Shown: positions 11,912 to 27,222, counted from the stretch's first letter. The stretch: DNA of 64,000 nucleotides from Eledone cirrhosa (GCA_964016885.1 OZ024743.1:28830001-28894000), one strand, 5' to 3'. The notes: generated by a model from the letters alone, not told the origin. A program made the numbers and translations.

Positions 11912-14900
11912 AAACGCAGAAGTGGATATTTCAAAAAACGTTGCAACCGGAGGAAGACAGGAAGACGATACTTTGGTTCGTGGAAACGTTCCCTGGCAAA
12001 GAACGGGAAAAAACGAATATAATATGTCATTAATAGGAGCGATGAAAAACAATTACGCGCAAAGACAGAACCACGTTTATGGTATAAAAGAAGCCGCAGA
12101 CTAATGTTCTCTTAAGTGGTTCAAAGAGACGTTCTCTGGCAATGAACGGAAAAAACGAAGATAATACGTCATATGTGGAGCATGGAGAACAATTGCACGC
12201 AAAGACAAAACCACGTAAATGGTATAGCTGAAGTCGTAGACTAAAATTCTAACTAGGAAACCGAATGAATCTCCGATTCAGAATTAAGAATAAAGTAAAT
12301 AAAATACAATACAGAGGTAATAGAAATTAAATAAATACATACACGCATGCAAATACGTACATACACAAGCATACGCGAAAACGCTTGCCATAGGTATATA
12401 AAAATCACGCACATATAAATATGTGTCTGTGCGTATGCGTGTATACAAATAAATAAATAATTAAATAAACGTATATAAATAAATAAATACGTATATAACA
12501 AGCACACACACATACCTACATGTAAATACAGAAATGTTCGGAGACGTAAGTCAACCAAAACACGAAGTACACATATTTACATACGCTACATACGTACGAA
12601 CCTGCATACTCACACAGACGCAAAACTCCCGTATACGCATAACCAAACCATATGTACCAGAATATATAAAAAATTATACGCCATACCATATACAATCAAA
12701 TATACATACGAGAAAGTATACGTACCTTCACAAAGTATACAGGTAATATATACTTACCTATGAAAATAAGGAATGGTATAAACAAAACATATACTTAGCT
12801 ACCACATCAAGACGTAAAATATCCACCTATAGATCGTACTATCCGTTAGGATATAAAGTGGGGCTGTAATACAGGAAAGTTTTGTGCAATTTATGTTTAC
12901 AAGCCGAAATTGCCTCAGATTTTTTGTTTAAGATGTGGTCTGTGGCGTAGAGTATTTCCAGGGCCTCCACGGCGCAGAGGTCACATGGTCTTTTATTTCC
13001 GTTATACGATCTAGCCCTATATAGGATCTCTCAGTGTAACTTATATTGGGTTTGGTTGTCTTTTAGACTCCAGATATAAGCTGAAAGTGTCGTCATATTC
13101 CTTCTTAGAGGGTAACGAAAAGAATGGGTATGCATGTAAAGACGCTGCTTGAATCTATTGGCGGTTAACCCTATGTAGGCCCTACGGGACGTGGGTGTTT
13201 CAACCTTACATGTAGACAATGTTACTATAGAGGCATTTCCCGGATAGGGGGCAATCAACCCGATTCCTACAATTACAGTTAGTACTAACTACGGGGTTGC
13301 ACGTGTTCCTACGGCTAGGTAGTTTAGCTAAATTTGAAGCTGTGATCTCATGTGCAAGGTTAGGAGTCGTAGAGTAAGAAATTTTAATAGTACTTCTATT
13401 AAAAATTTTACTATATTTATGTAACGATTACTACTCCTCCATCACTTTACCACTTCTCCTTAGAGATATCAATTTCGATAAAACACTCACAATGGTTAAG
13501 GATTTCGAAGTTGATGTCATCCAACCTTGCACATGAGATCACAGCTTCAAATTTAGCTAAACTACCTAGCCGTAGGAACACGTGCAACCCCGTAGTTAGT
13601 ACTAACTGTAATTGTAGGAATCGGGTTGATTGCCCCCTATCCGGGAAATGCCTCTCTAGTAACATTGTCTACATGTAAGGTTGAAACACCCACGTCCCGT
13701 AGGGCCTACATAGGGTTAACCGCCAATAGATTCAAGCAGCGTCTTTACATGCATACCCATTCTTTTCGTTACCCTCTAAGAATGAATATGACGTCCTTTT
13801 CAGCTTATATCAGGAGTCTGAAAGACAACCACACCCAATATAAGTTACACTGGGAGATCCTAGCTAGGGCTAGATCGTATAACGGAAATAAAAGACCATG
13901 TGACCTCTGCGCCGCTGAGGGCCTGGAAATACTCTAAGCCACAGACCACATCTTAAACAAAAATTCTGAGGCCATTTCGGCTTGTAAACATAAATTGCAC
14001 AAAACTTTCCTGTATTACAGCCCCACTTTATATCCTAACGGATAGTACGATCTATAGGTGGATATTTTACGTCTTGATGTGGTAGCTAAGTATATGTTTT
14101 GTTTATACCATTACGTATTTGCATAGGTAAGTATATATTACCTGTATGTTTTGTGAAGCAACGTATACTTTCTCGTACGTATATTTGATTGTATATGGTA
14201 TGGCGTGTAATTTTTTATATATTCTGGTACATATGGTTTGGTTATGTGTATACGGGAGTTTTGCGTCTGTGTGAGTATGCAGGTTCGTACGTATGTAGGG
14301 TATGTAAATATGTGTACTTCGAGTTTTGGTTGACTTACGTCTCCGAACATTTCTGTATTTACATGTAGGTATGTGTGTGTGCTTGTTATATACGTATTTA
14401 TTTATTTATATACGTTTATTTAATTATTTATTTATTTGTATACACGCATACACACACACACATATTTATATGTGCGTGGTTTTGTATGCCTATGGCAAGT
14501 GTTTTCGCGTATGCTTGTGTATGTACGTATTTGCATGCGTGTATGTATTTATTTAATTTCTATTACCTCTGTATTGTATTTTATTTACTTTATTCTTAAC
14601 TCTGAAGCGGAGTTTCATTCGGTTTCCTAGTTAGAATTTTAGTCTACGACTTCAGCTATACCATTTACGTGGTTTTGTCTTTGCGTGCAATTGTTCTCCA
14701 CGCTCCACATATGGCGTATTATCTTCGTTTTTTCCGTTCATTGCCAGAGAATGTCTCTATGAACCACATAAGGGAACATTAGTCTGCGGCTTCTTTTATA
14801 CCATAAACGTGGTTCTGTCTTTGCGCGTAATTGTTTTTCATCGCTCCTATTAATGACATATATTCGTTTTCTCCCGTTCTTTGCCAGGGAACTTTTCCAC

Positions 14901-14968
14901 GAACCAAAGTATCGTCTTCCTGTCTTCCTCCGGTTGCAACGTTTTTTGAAATATCCACTTCTGCGTTT

Positions 14969-15044
14969 ACAGATTGACTTTGTTAGTTTCAGAAGATCCC
15001 GTTAAGGGTGAAAGCAGCGATTCTTTCCTTAAACTTTAATCGGT
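14969..15044 (+). ncRNA. Hammerhead-like fold in Penelope pLTR (CAGAAGA core, two stem mutations)
   Basis: Same as 29095-29170 except TTCCTT in stem III and AATCGGT in stem I. Confidence 0.45.
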
Positions 15045-15714
15045 TATTTTAATAAATATTTGCTCTACGGTTCTTATATATTTGATATATATTTATCCTT
15101 ATCGAGCCCTCTTTGGATTTTAGTCTTCAAATTTATTATTATTACTATATATATATATATATATATACAATAGAAATAATAAAATGGTAAAATGAAAGCA
15201 ATACAATCATGTAAATGAGATCAAAACTATATAATATATATATATATATCTTTAAAGGGGAATTGAAACTAGTGATAAAATTCGTACTTTCAATGATAAG
15301 AACATACATGTGTATTTAATTGAGCAATAAGGAGAATTGATTTAAATAACACCGAATTCTAGACAAAATACATATTTTGTAATAAACAGTAATATTTGCC
15401 GCTAGGCTTAGCAGTCATTTTTTTTTTCCGTGGAATCAATTGTTTTTGATAGTTTCGTAAACTTATTTTCCTCGTAAATATTTTCAGAACTTACTTTAAA
15501 AAATAATTAATTCACGCACTAAAACACAACCATTCCTTTCTTTTCCCCATTTCATCCCTAAGATGGTTATTGAAACTATCTTATCAATCTGCCTCTGTAT
15601 CTATCTATTTATCCATCTACAAACATACGCACTTCTCGAAATATTTATCAATTACTAAGATAAAACGTTTTTCTCTCTTTTCCAACCTCCCTTTTCACTC
15701 TCATTCATTTTCAT

Positions 15715-15797
<83 letters not shown>

Positions 15798-16113
15798 CAT
15801 AAACACATATATATATATACATATACATACATACAAACACACATATATCTACACACACACAACACACACATATATATATATATTTATATATATATATATT
15901 TATATACATACATACATACATACATACATACATACATACATACATACATACATACATACATACATACATACAGACAGACATACATATACATTAAAAGCAA
16001 CATTTCCAGTTTTGTAAATCTATTTCAATTATTTTGATCACTTCGCATTTGTGAGTGATGTGTGCATGTATGTGGGTATACACGTGCGTGCATGTGTGTG
16101 TGCGGTAAACGAA

Positions 16114-16202
<89 letters not shown>

Positions 16203-16654
16203 ACGTGTGTGTGTGCACGTGTGTGTGTGCACGTGTGTATGAGCACGCGTACACGCACGTGTAAGGACATTTTAAAAACGTCTGTAGATATACATGCGTA
16301 TGTTTCTATATTGTGAATAAAAACCAGTAGAGATTATATATGATTATATCGACCATTTCCACAGCCAAATAAATATATTTCCCCCAAACTTTACATAGCA
16401 GTTCAGTTCACATCCAATCTCGCCATTCAATTAAAGTCATTCAGAAATCAGCAAAGCTTTACACTGTCATATATAATCATATATGTATGGTGAAGTCACT
16501 TGTGAAAGTCATGTTTGTGCACATCAGTAATAAAATATAGAAAAGTTTCAAAACATTTTAAAAAGTTATTCTAATATACAATCATATTTTACTTCGGATT
16601 CCAGTTTATTGTTAATCATAAAGATAATTCTTTTCGCATCACTCTTTTTTATTC

Positions 16655-16782
<128 letters not shown>

Positions 16783-16980
16783 TTCTCTCTCTCTCTCTCT
16801 CTTATCTCACTCTCTGTCTCTCTCTCTCTTCTGAAAAATTTGATACATCCATCCCTCCATCCTTCTATCCATTCATCTATACACACACACACCTACATAT
16901 ATGCATATATACATCCATCGCTCCATCCTTATATACATCTATCTATATTATACACACACAATATATATATATAAATATAT

Positions 16981-17414
16981 ATGCAAAAGTTCTATTTAAA
17001 TTGTTGGGATACAACAATTAAATATTTTTATAACTGATATAAAGCACTCGACAAATATTTGGAGTAGATATACGATATTAACAAATGGAAACTATATTTA
17101 TAAAACAATATTTATTTCATTATACATATTTCAAGGATACCAAGTTAAATTATGGTATGCCTTCATCAGACAAAATACAATATATATCAGTTATACACTA
17201 CGACTTACTAAAATAATATAAACAAACCACTATCCTGATGTCCTCCAAAAGTAATGGTCGAATTTTGAAAGGGTACATCAATGCTTATTTGTAGAACTGA
17301 TATATGTTGTATTTTGTCTGATGAAGGCATACCATAATTTAACTTGGTATCCTTGAAATATGTATAATGAAATAAATATGGTTTTATAAATATAGTTTCC
17401 ATTTGTTAATATCG

Positions 17415-17419
<5 letters not shown>
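16981..17419. mobile_element. Hammerhead-bearing fold-back element A (arms 17069-17192 / 17295-17419; left arm extends to ~16981)
   Basis: ~125-bp inverted arms around a ~100-bp loop, bounded by (TA)n; hammerheads at 17113-17177 (-) and 17310-17374 (+). Confidence 0.8.
17310..17374 (+). ncRNA. Minimal type I hammerhead ribozyme (mirror copy 17113-17177 on minus)
   Basis: TATTTTGT-CTGATGA-AGGCATACCA(TAATTTAACT)TGGTATCCTT-GAAA-TATGTA-TA-ATGAAATA. Confidence 0.75.
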
Positions 17420-17508
<89 letters not shown>

Positions 17509-17512
<4 letters not shown>

Positions 17513-17925
17513 ATATTAATAAATGGAAACTATATTTATAAAAACATATTTATTTTATTATACATATTTCAAGGGCCACCAAGGCAAATTATGGTGCGCT
17601 TTCATCAGATAAAATACAGATTTGTTTTATAAATAAATATTGACATATCAGGAAAAAAGACAACCTTAACGGTTCGAGCTTCCTGATATGTCAATATTTA
17701 TTTATAAAACAAATCTGTATTTTATCTGATGAAAGCGCACCATAATTTGCCTTGGTGGCCCTTGAAATATGTATAATAAAATAAATATGTTTTTTTTTAA
17801 TAAATATAGTTTCCATTTATTAATATATTGTGTATTTACTCCACTAACGGTTGAGTGCTTTATATCAGTTATAAAAATTGTTAAGCTTGTTGAATCCCAA
17901 CAAATTAAATATAACCTCTGCATAT
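17509..17925. mobile_element. Hammerhead-bearing fold-back element B (arms 17509-17654 / 17680-17830; right arm extends to ~17925)
   Basis: ~150-bp inverted arms, 25-bp loop; diverged paralogue of element A in the opposite orientation. Confidence 0.8.
17718..17783 (+). ncRNA. Minimal type I hammerhead ribozyme (mirror copy 17551-17616 on minus)
   Basis: TATTTTAT-CTGATGA-AAGCGCACCA(TAATTTGCCT)TGGTGGCCCTT-GAAA-TATGTA-TA-ATAAAATA; perfect 8-bp stem I. Confidence 0.78.
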
Positions 17926-18138
17926 ATATGTGTGTGTGTGTGTTTATGTATGTAAAAGGTAAACAGAAATAACAACACAATCGGTACAGTATATGTAAGG
18001 GAACAAAGAAAGTGTGGTAAGAAACCAGGTGGACCATAACGCACCAGAGTACTGGATACTTAGAGTAGTAGAGTGGGTAATAGGAAAAGAGTGAGGACCC
18101 CGACGGCTGAACTCCGACCGTTTCGACAGCTAGATCAG

Positions 18139-18224
<86 letters not shown>

Positions 18225-18310
18225 GTAAGTGTATTTGTACTCTACCTTCCTTCAGTATGGTGTACTAAGTTTTATAACGGTCTTACTAGTCTTAATTGAC
18301 AATATTTTAT

Positions 18311-18441
<131 letters not shown>

Positions 18442-18443
18442 TT

Positions 18444-18980
18444 ATAGCCATATATATATGAATGTATATATACTGTATTTTGCAATACATTTTATGCTTA
18501 ATTAAAAGCATTTTGAAGACCGTATGCTATTGTTTTAGAGTAGTGACAGACTCACTTACTTTAATCTCAGCAAACAGGGGGAGATAAAGCCGACAGGGCC
18601 TTGTTTCTGCATTTTTTTATGCTTATCAAGGCTAACTACTCCCTCCCGTCTACTGAGATCACTGATGTTATATTCTAATTTTTAATTTCTGCCTGACCCG
18701 CAACCGCTCTGTATAATCAGTTCCTGATTATTTACTAGAATTCTATAAGAATATAACATCAGTGATCTCAGTAGACAGGAGGGAGTAGTTAGCCTTGATA
18801 AGCATCAACAAATGCAGAAACAAGGCCTTGTCGGCTTTATCTCCCCCTGTTTGCTGAGATTAAAGTAAGTGAGTCTGTCACTACTCTAAAACAATAGCAT
18901 ACGGTCTTCAAAATGCTTTTAATTAAGCATAAAGTGTATTGCAAAATACACTATATATACATTCATATATATATGGCTAT
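18444..18980. mobile_element. Fold-back element D (arms 18444-18676 / 18749-18980) carrying a variant hammerhead
   Basis: ~232-bp arms with few mismatches and a 72-bp loop; outer end similar to 418-458. Confidence 0.85.
18775..18850 (+). ncRNA. Type I hammerhead-like fold with U3-A8 core (TTGATAA) and GUC site (mirror ~18574-18649 on minus)
   Basis: ACAGGAGGGAGTAGTTAGCC-TTGATAA-GCAT(CAACAA)ATGC-A-GAAA-CAAGGCCTTG-TC-GGCTTTATCTCCCCCTGT. Confidence 0.65.
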
Positions 18981-19015
18981 TTCAGAGCTCCAATTCTAAT
19001 TTTTATATACCTTTC

Positions 19016-19062
<47 letters not shown>

Positions 19063-19114
19063 TGTGTGTGTGCGCGCGCGCGTGCGTGTGTGTATGTGTG
19101 TGTATACACACACA

Positions 19115-19250
19115 ATAATTGTTTCTACTTTTAGCACAAGGCCAGCAATTTGAATGGGTGGAGAAAGTCGATTAAATCGAACCAGTGTATTACTGGTACT
19201 TTATTTTATCGACCCCGTAAGGATGAAAGGCAAAGCTAACCTCGGCAGGG
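19115..19250 (-). mobile_element. SINE, 5'-truncated
   Basis: Reverse complement of the SINE core (TTTTATCGACCCCGTAAGGATGAAAGGC). Confidence 0.8.
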
Positions 19251-19264
19251 GTGGGTAAGAAGAA

Positions 19265-19344
<80 letters not shown>

Positions 19345-20009
19345 AAAAAGAAAGTAAAGTCATTCACCGAAACTTCGAAGTCACTGCTACCTTTGTCTTC
19401 ATAAAATAAACCTTATACTATATGCTCACACATATTGAATGCTCAAGCAATTAATATTTGAACGTCATATGTACAATATTATCTAAAACACCCACTTCAA
19501 GTGTATACACATGTATGTATGTGTATGTGTATCTGCCCACGCATGAATTTTTCTGTCTGTGGCTGAGTGTGTGATACATGTTAATAATTCGCCAGGACGT
19601 TTTCACCCATTGGTGTATTTCGACATCATCTGGTCAACAAGCACACATGCCACATATTGTATAAACAGACTTAGTAAATGAAAAAAAAAAAATCGAACAC
19701 CTGTAAGGAATAACATATCTAAATGAAACTAAAGTTTACCTTATTAATCGCCCGTATGTCAACAAATACGAGCTCTTCCGGTTACTCACACTTTCATGGA
19801 AGACTGCACATGACGACAATAAATTCGTTACATGATTTTTTCGTTTGTTTGTTTGTCTTTTTGTTTTTTTTTTGGTTTTTATTTTCTTCGTCTAGGACCG
19901 ACTTTTCAATGCGAAACCGCAAATGATGGTTACAATGAGAATAGTATGATCATATTTCAACTTAGATTAATCAATAGCCACACATGCCATATCATACATA
20001 AACGACAAT

Positions 20010-21110
20010 AGTAATGGCTTCTAGTTTAGGTACAAGGCCTGTAATTTAGAGGGTAGGGAAAGTCGTTTGAATTGAGCCAAATATCTGACTCGATGAAGGG
20101 TAAATTGACTTCGGCGAGGTTAAGCTCAGCGAGTAAAGAGCAGGAACAAATATTGCTAAGAATTCGTCCGACGATCGAAGACTGTGACACTCCACCGTAC
20201 TCAGACCGTAAAGGGACGTAACTATGCTAGAAAGCATGGCGTTCGACCCTCTACCGATATTGTCAATTCACTGCCAAATGATAATAATTGTTTTCTACTT
20301 TTGGCACAAGGCCAGCAATTAACCAGTGTATTACTGGTACTTTATTTTATCGACCTCGTAAGATGAAAGGCAAAGTTAACCTCGGCAGGATTTGAACTGA
20401 GAATGGCAAGGGCCGTAACTCTATACGCCAAAGCCGACACGTCCGACACTCTACCGATACTGCCCAATCCAATAATAGTCATTTCTATTTCACTATATTC
20501 TTTAATTCGTGTATGGTTTGGGTCAGCAGTCTGGACCATGGTTGAGGCACTGCCTTCGCTGAGGATAGTCTATCATAACATCCCGATTTGAAAGAACCCG
20601 ATTTAAAAGATGCGAAATCAAATAACACAGAGTGTAAGTGTTTTTCTTTCTTCTATTGTTGTTAAAATAAAATAATTACCAGTCATGTACTGGATTCAAT
20701 GTAATCAACTAGCAATGATTGTTATCATTACTATTAACAATGTTGGTGGATTGGCAGTATCGGTAGAACGTCGGACACCATACTTTGCGACATAGAGTTA
20801 CGGCCCTTTACATTCCGAGTTCAAATCCCGTCAGAGGTTTAGCTTTGCCTTTCATCTTTTACGAGGTCGATAAAATAAAGTACCAGTCATGCAATGGGGT
20901 CGGTTTAATCGATTTTCCCCTCCACCATAATTGCTGGCCTTGTGCCTAAATCAGAACCATTATTATAAATTACAACTTCCTTCTCTTTACGTTTTGTGGT
21001 GAAACTCTGCCGTTGTCAACTTTAGCTTTTCATCGTTCGGAGGTCAATAAAAATAGGGTACTAGTGAAGCACTTGGTTCGATATAATCGACTTGCTCTTA
21101 CCTCAAGTAA
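20010..21110. mobile_element. SINE cluster (20010-20270 -, 20283-20470 -, 20745-20965 +, ~20985-21110 + degenerate)
   Basis: Repeated A/B boxes and core of the same SINE family on both strands. Confidence 0.8.
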
Positions 21111-21239
21111 TTACTGCGCTTCTTCCAACGTTATTATTGATATTAACATAACCGCTTCAGCGAAACCTGGCCTTCTTCTGAATAGTTTGAACCATATTTA
21201 TTAATACTTATCTAGTAATATCTTTAATCTTGCCAACAA

Positions 21240-21612
21240 CAATCCTGAGTACCTTTTTGACTTCCATGTGTCTAACACACGTGGGCATGCTCACAAAGTC
21301 AGAAAAACAGCACAGCTCCCATGACTTCCGGAAACATTTTTTCACGCTCAGAGTTGCCGAAGCATGGAACAAACTACCTTGCATCAGTTGTTAGCTGTCG
21401 AGACACTGCATCTTTTAAAACCTCCATGCTTCCTGAAATTCGCCAACACTACACCTAATGTTCCCCTCCATACACACGCACACTTTTATATCATGACTCA
21501 TACACTATATTCACCTCCCTGACATTTGTATATTATTCTATGTACTATACATGCACCTTTGATGAGTTGTAGTGCACCTGAGCACTGTACACAATAATTT
21601 CATTATTATTAT
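21240..21612 (+). mobile_element. CR1/L2-like LINE 3' end with (TTA)n tail
   Basis: Translates TRGHAHKV...FRKHFFTLRVAEAWNKLP (CR1-type TRGH / FF..RV...WN.LP), ends AATAATTTCATTATTATTAT. Confidence 0.75.
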
Positions 21613-21900
21613 ATACGCGTTAGTGAAGGTGGTAAAGGAAGTGCTCTTGGTCCTTTCTGCGTACCTGCCAGACGGGGGAGAAAACGTGGGGAAAGCTAAT
21701 TTTAAACCAGAGATATAGCTCGGACACTTTCAACTGAGTGGACTCCGCTAAATGTATGCAAGAGCCAGTTGATGATGCTAAACCGAACAGATTAAATCTA
21801 CCACCCACTCATATTGTAAAATTACTTTTAAGAACTAAACAAAAAAGAGAAATTATAAGTGGCAGCTGTGGCGGTGGTGGCGACGATGCTGCTGGTGATG

Positions 21901-21974
<74 letters not shown>

Positions 21975-22764
21975 TTTGATGGGGTTAATTGTAGAGTGGT
22001 AGTGATGTGAGTAGTATTTTTCAACAGTTATTAATGAAGGTTGAATGAATAAATTTTTAGCAAATATATTATAAAACAATCACAGTACAGCAACTGAAGA
22101 AGCAACAACAACAACAACCACAATAAACACACTAACAGAAAAATAACAGCAACTGCAACATTAAATGTAACAACAATAATAACGATAATTAATCTACTGT
22201 ATGTAGTAGCTGATTTTCCTCGCCTAAAGAAATTGTATTTTGAGTTGTACAAATGAAAATGGAATGTGTTGTAGAGTGACAATAGAAGGCTCTCCAAGAT
22301 ATACTTGTTTATTGTAAAACCTACATTTTCTCTCTCTCTCTTCTCTAGACAAGTAAATTAAGAAATTCCTTGATTGTGTGTAAATGAAAGGTAAAAAGAT
22401 GGAACCACCCAATTCGGACGCAATTATGTCGCAAAAAACAAAGAGATGGAATCTCAGAGACTCTCAGGTTGGCTGAGAAGATTTATATTTAAGTAGCAAG
22501 GTATCGGTTATTAAGGATAGAAGTAGAAATGGATGGTGTGTCTTGTTATTTTTTTTGTTTGTTTTATTTTACGTCTATTATATTTTATTTTTCAAAGTGT
22601 GCTTCAGGAATGAGGCAGATATTTTCTGAAGACAGACTGACACACTACTTAATGTAAAGCAGACACGTACATATACATACACGCTTACATACATATCATT
22701 ATCTACACGTACATGTGTGTTTTTATCTGTACCGAAACTTTCTAAGATGTATTACATACACAGA

Positions 22765-24183
<1,419 letters not shown>

Positions 24184-25159
24184 GTAGATGGATAGACAGG
24201 TAAAAAAAAACACCTGCATATTTATATTTAATGGCAAATATCATTATGAGTATACACAATACTACGTTGTATATACAGCAACATATAGAAAGGTAATTAT
24301 TTGTACTGGAATAGAAAATATTAATTGAAGATTGATCTAAGAGTTCTATTGCACCAGCGGGTATATTAGTGGTTGTCATTACATATTCACATGCACAGAT
24401 AGGTGTAAATATGAAAAAAAATATGCATATGTGTATATGCGTATATATGTGCCTATAACAAATATATATATATATGCGTGTGTGTGAGCATGAGTGTCTT
24501 TATCTATGTATGAATGAATGTATGTATGTATGTATCTATGTATGTAAGTATGCATGTATGTATGTATGTATGTATGTATGTATGTATGTATGTATGTATG
24601 TATGTATGTATGTATGTATGCATCGATGCTTGTTTGTTTACAAGCGGTGGGGAAATTATTCGATACATAAAGTAGAGTGTGTATATCTTATTAAAGGCTG
24701 AGCTTCTTCAGCCGTAATAGTCACTCTGTGTTCTGAATCTTCGAATGGATGAAGCAAATGTTGTGTGACTATATATTAGGGGGCATTATAGCAAACATAT
24801 CGATATTTGATTAGCCTACAATACCCAACTATTTTGAGGAAACTATATTTTCTGTTTCCATAGTCAGCATAGTCAGTAGATTATTTTCTAGTATGTATGG
24901 ATATATGTATAATGGATATATGTTTGTATGTATGTATGGACCCGTAACTCCTGATTAGCTGCAAATTAGCTGAATATGAGAGGATTCTCAGTTGGGATTT
25001 AATATACATCTCTATCTACTCCGCAGAAAAAACGTGTCTTCCCTCTAGATAATTCATCATGTCATAGCATCTACACAGTCGTTCAACTTGCTAGAAATTA
25101 GTTGGCTCACCTTTCTGATATCGCACCTCTTCGTCTTAAAACAGAAGTAATATGATATA

Positions 25160-25199
<40 letters not shown>

Positions 25200-25344
25200 A
25201 TGGTGGTATGTTATGGTCCATAAACTCCTGATAGAGTCGTAAGGGTGCCTTATTGACATACGGAGTTTCTTGGACATTTAAAGCCTGATGGAGCCCACCC
25301 TCTCCAGGCTGAGTACAACAGATTTCTTCTAGAGAAAGGAAGAT

Positions 25345-25490
25345 TCGACCCCAGTCGACTGGTACTTTTTTTTATCGAAATGATGAAAAGCAAAGTTGAC
25401 CTCGGGGGTATTTGAACTCAGAGACCAGAGAGCCGGAAAGAATACCTCAAAGCATTGTATCTGATGTTCTAACGACTGCCATTTCGCCAT
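25345..25490 (-). mobile_element. Degenerate SINE
   Basis: CTGGTACTTTTTTTTATCGA...GTTGACCTCGG...TTTGAACTCAG. Confidence 0.7.
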
Positions 25491-26065
25491 CTTTTAGTAC
25501 AAACATGCAAAATAGTTTTCATAATTACAGCAGCCGTAATATTTCCTCGAAACGATATTATATTTTCTAAAACGTCAGTTTTTCAAGCTTCTGTGAGTAT
25601 ACAAAAAAAGGTATATAGATCTTACTGAAAATCCATTTAAAAAGATTCTCGTAGCTTATACAGTACATGCAATTAAACACTTAGAAATACACCGTTATTT
25701 ACTATACAAATATGTCTGGAGTTTGGAAAATAATAACATAAATTCTACTGGTCCATTATAGAACACTCATCTTCATGAAGGTGTCATTTTTGTCCCGCAT
25801 AGAAGAGTTCTGGAACAAACACTGGAAGGCCTTTCGCTCTACGCTGTAATTATTCTAGTCTCAAACTAAAATAAAATCGATATTAGTCGAAGAATTTTAT
25901 TCAAATAAAGGTCAGAGCAGTAATTTCAGCGAAAGGTTGCTATTCGAGTAGTGATATTTCAAATCCCGTTTGGCGTCTGCTATAAACATACCGTTAGACT
26001 AATGAAAGAATGAAGGCGTGTCAGTGAACCAACATTGATTAAAATCATAAATGCCACTTTATATG

Positions 26066-26132
<67 letters not shown>

Positions 26133-26274
26133 TTTATCAAATAATATTAATACGTGAGTCTCACTGTTGTTATATCTAAATGGTGTGAAAATCCAGAAAC
26201 GCCTTTCTCGCATTTTCAGCGCTACTGAGAATGTTATTATGCAGAAACTTATATGTGATTTCATATACACCCCT

Positions 26275-26366
<92 letters not shown>

Positions 26367-27192
26367 TTTAATTTCTCCTTTTATTTTCTGATGAAGAATT
26401 AGCATCCGAAACTTTAAGACTCTTTTTCTACTATATCAAGCAAAAAACTAATATATTTCTTTCATTCAGTCTGCTATATTGTAATAGAGATCTTGGTCGT
26501 GTAGGAGAGTTCTAAAGAAAGTTAAGGTAGCGAACTCTAAAAATATCTCAGTTAAGTGAGAGAATTCCAACAAGAAAAAAGGGTAAATTGTGTTCAGAAA
26601 GATGACACGTAACATAGGGTTAAATCGAATGTTTGAGTGGCCTGGACCACCCTTTCATAAAATATTTGATTCCTGTAGACAATGATTGAATAAATCCAGT
26701 CGTGTAATTAAGCAGTTTTTTTAGAAAACAGTTTTGAAAGTATATTTCATTTGTCGGCGGTACATATATAACAAATATTGTTGTCGAGTGTAGATTTTTC
26801 CTGTATCGTCTAATTTATGGATAACTGTGCCGTTTTTTTTTAGGTTTCCACACAGTTTGCGAGTTTAGGGGTATGCTTCTTTTCAAGATGACTGGACACC
26901 ATTTAATAATTCAGGAAACGGCTTTTGGAACGGGTTACTAATATACCAAGAGATGTCCAGGTTTCTGTTTGGTGGTTTAGGTTGGTGGAGGTCACTTCTG
27001 CTTCAAATATCACCGCTGGAGTGTCTCACTGTTGGTTGACTGAGCATACTTCTGAACTTTTACATGAGCACCCTTAGCTTTAGAACTCTCCGACACGACT
27101 AAGAAATAACTCCATTACAATATAACAAACTGAATTAGTTGGTATTAAACCCAACGAAACTTGAGTACCTGCGTAATGCCACTGTTGTGAAC

Positions 27193-27222
<30 letters not shown>

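Noticed and set aside
26380-26430. CTGATGA...CCGAAAC hammerhead candidate
   Set aside because: Weak stem II, no proper NUH site or stem I pairing
26460-27000. Possible LINE endonuclease relic on minus (IFVIYVPP, FDLTLC)
   Set aside because: Only two short motifs amid stops; insufficient without an HMM search
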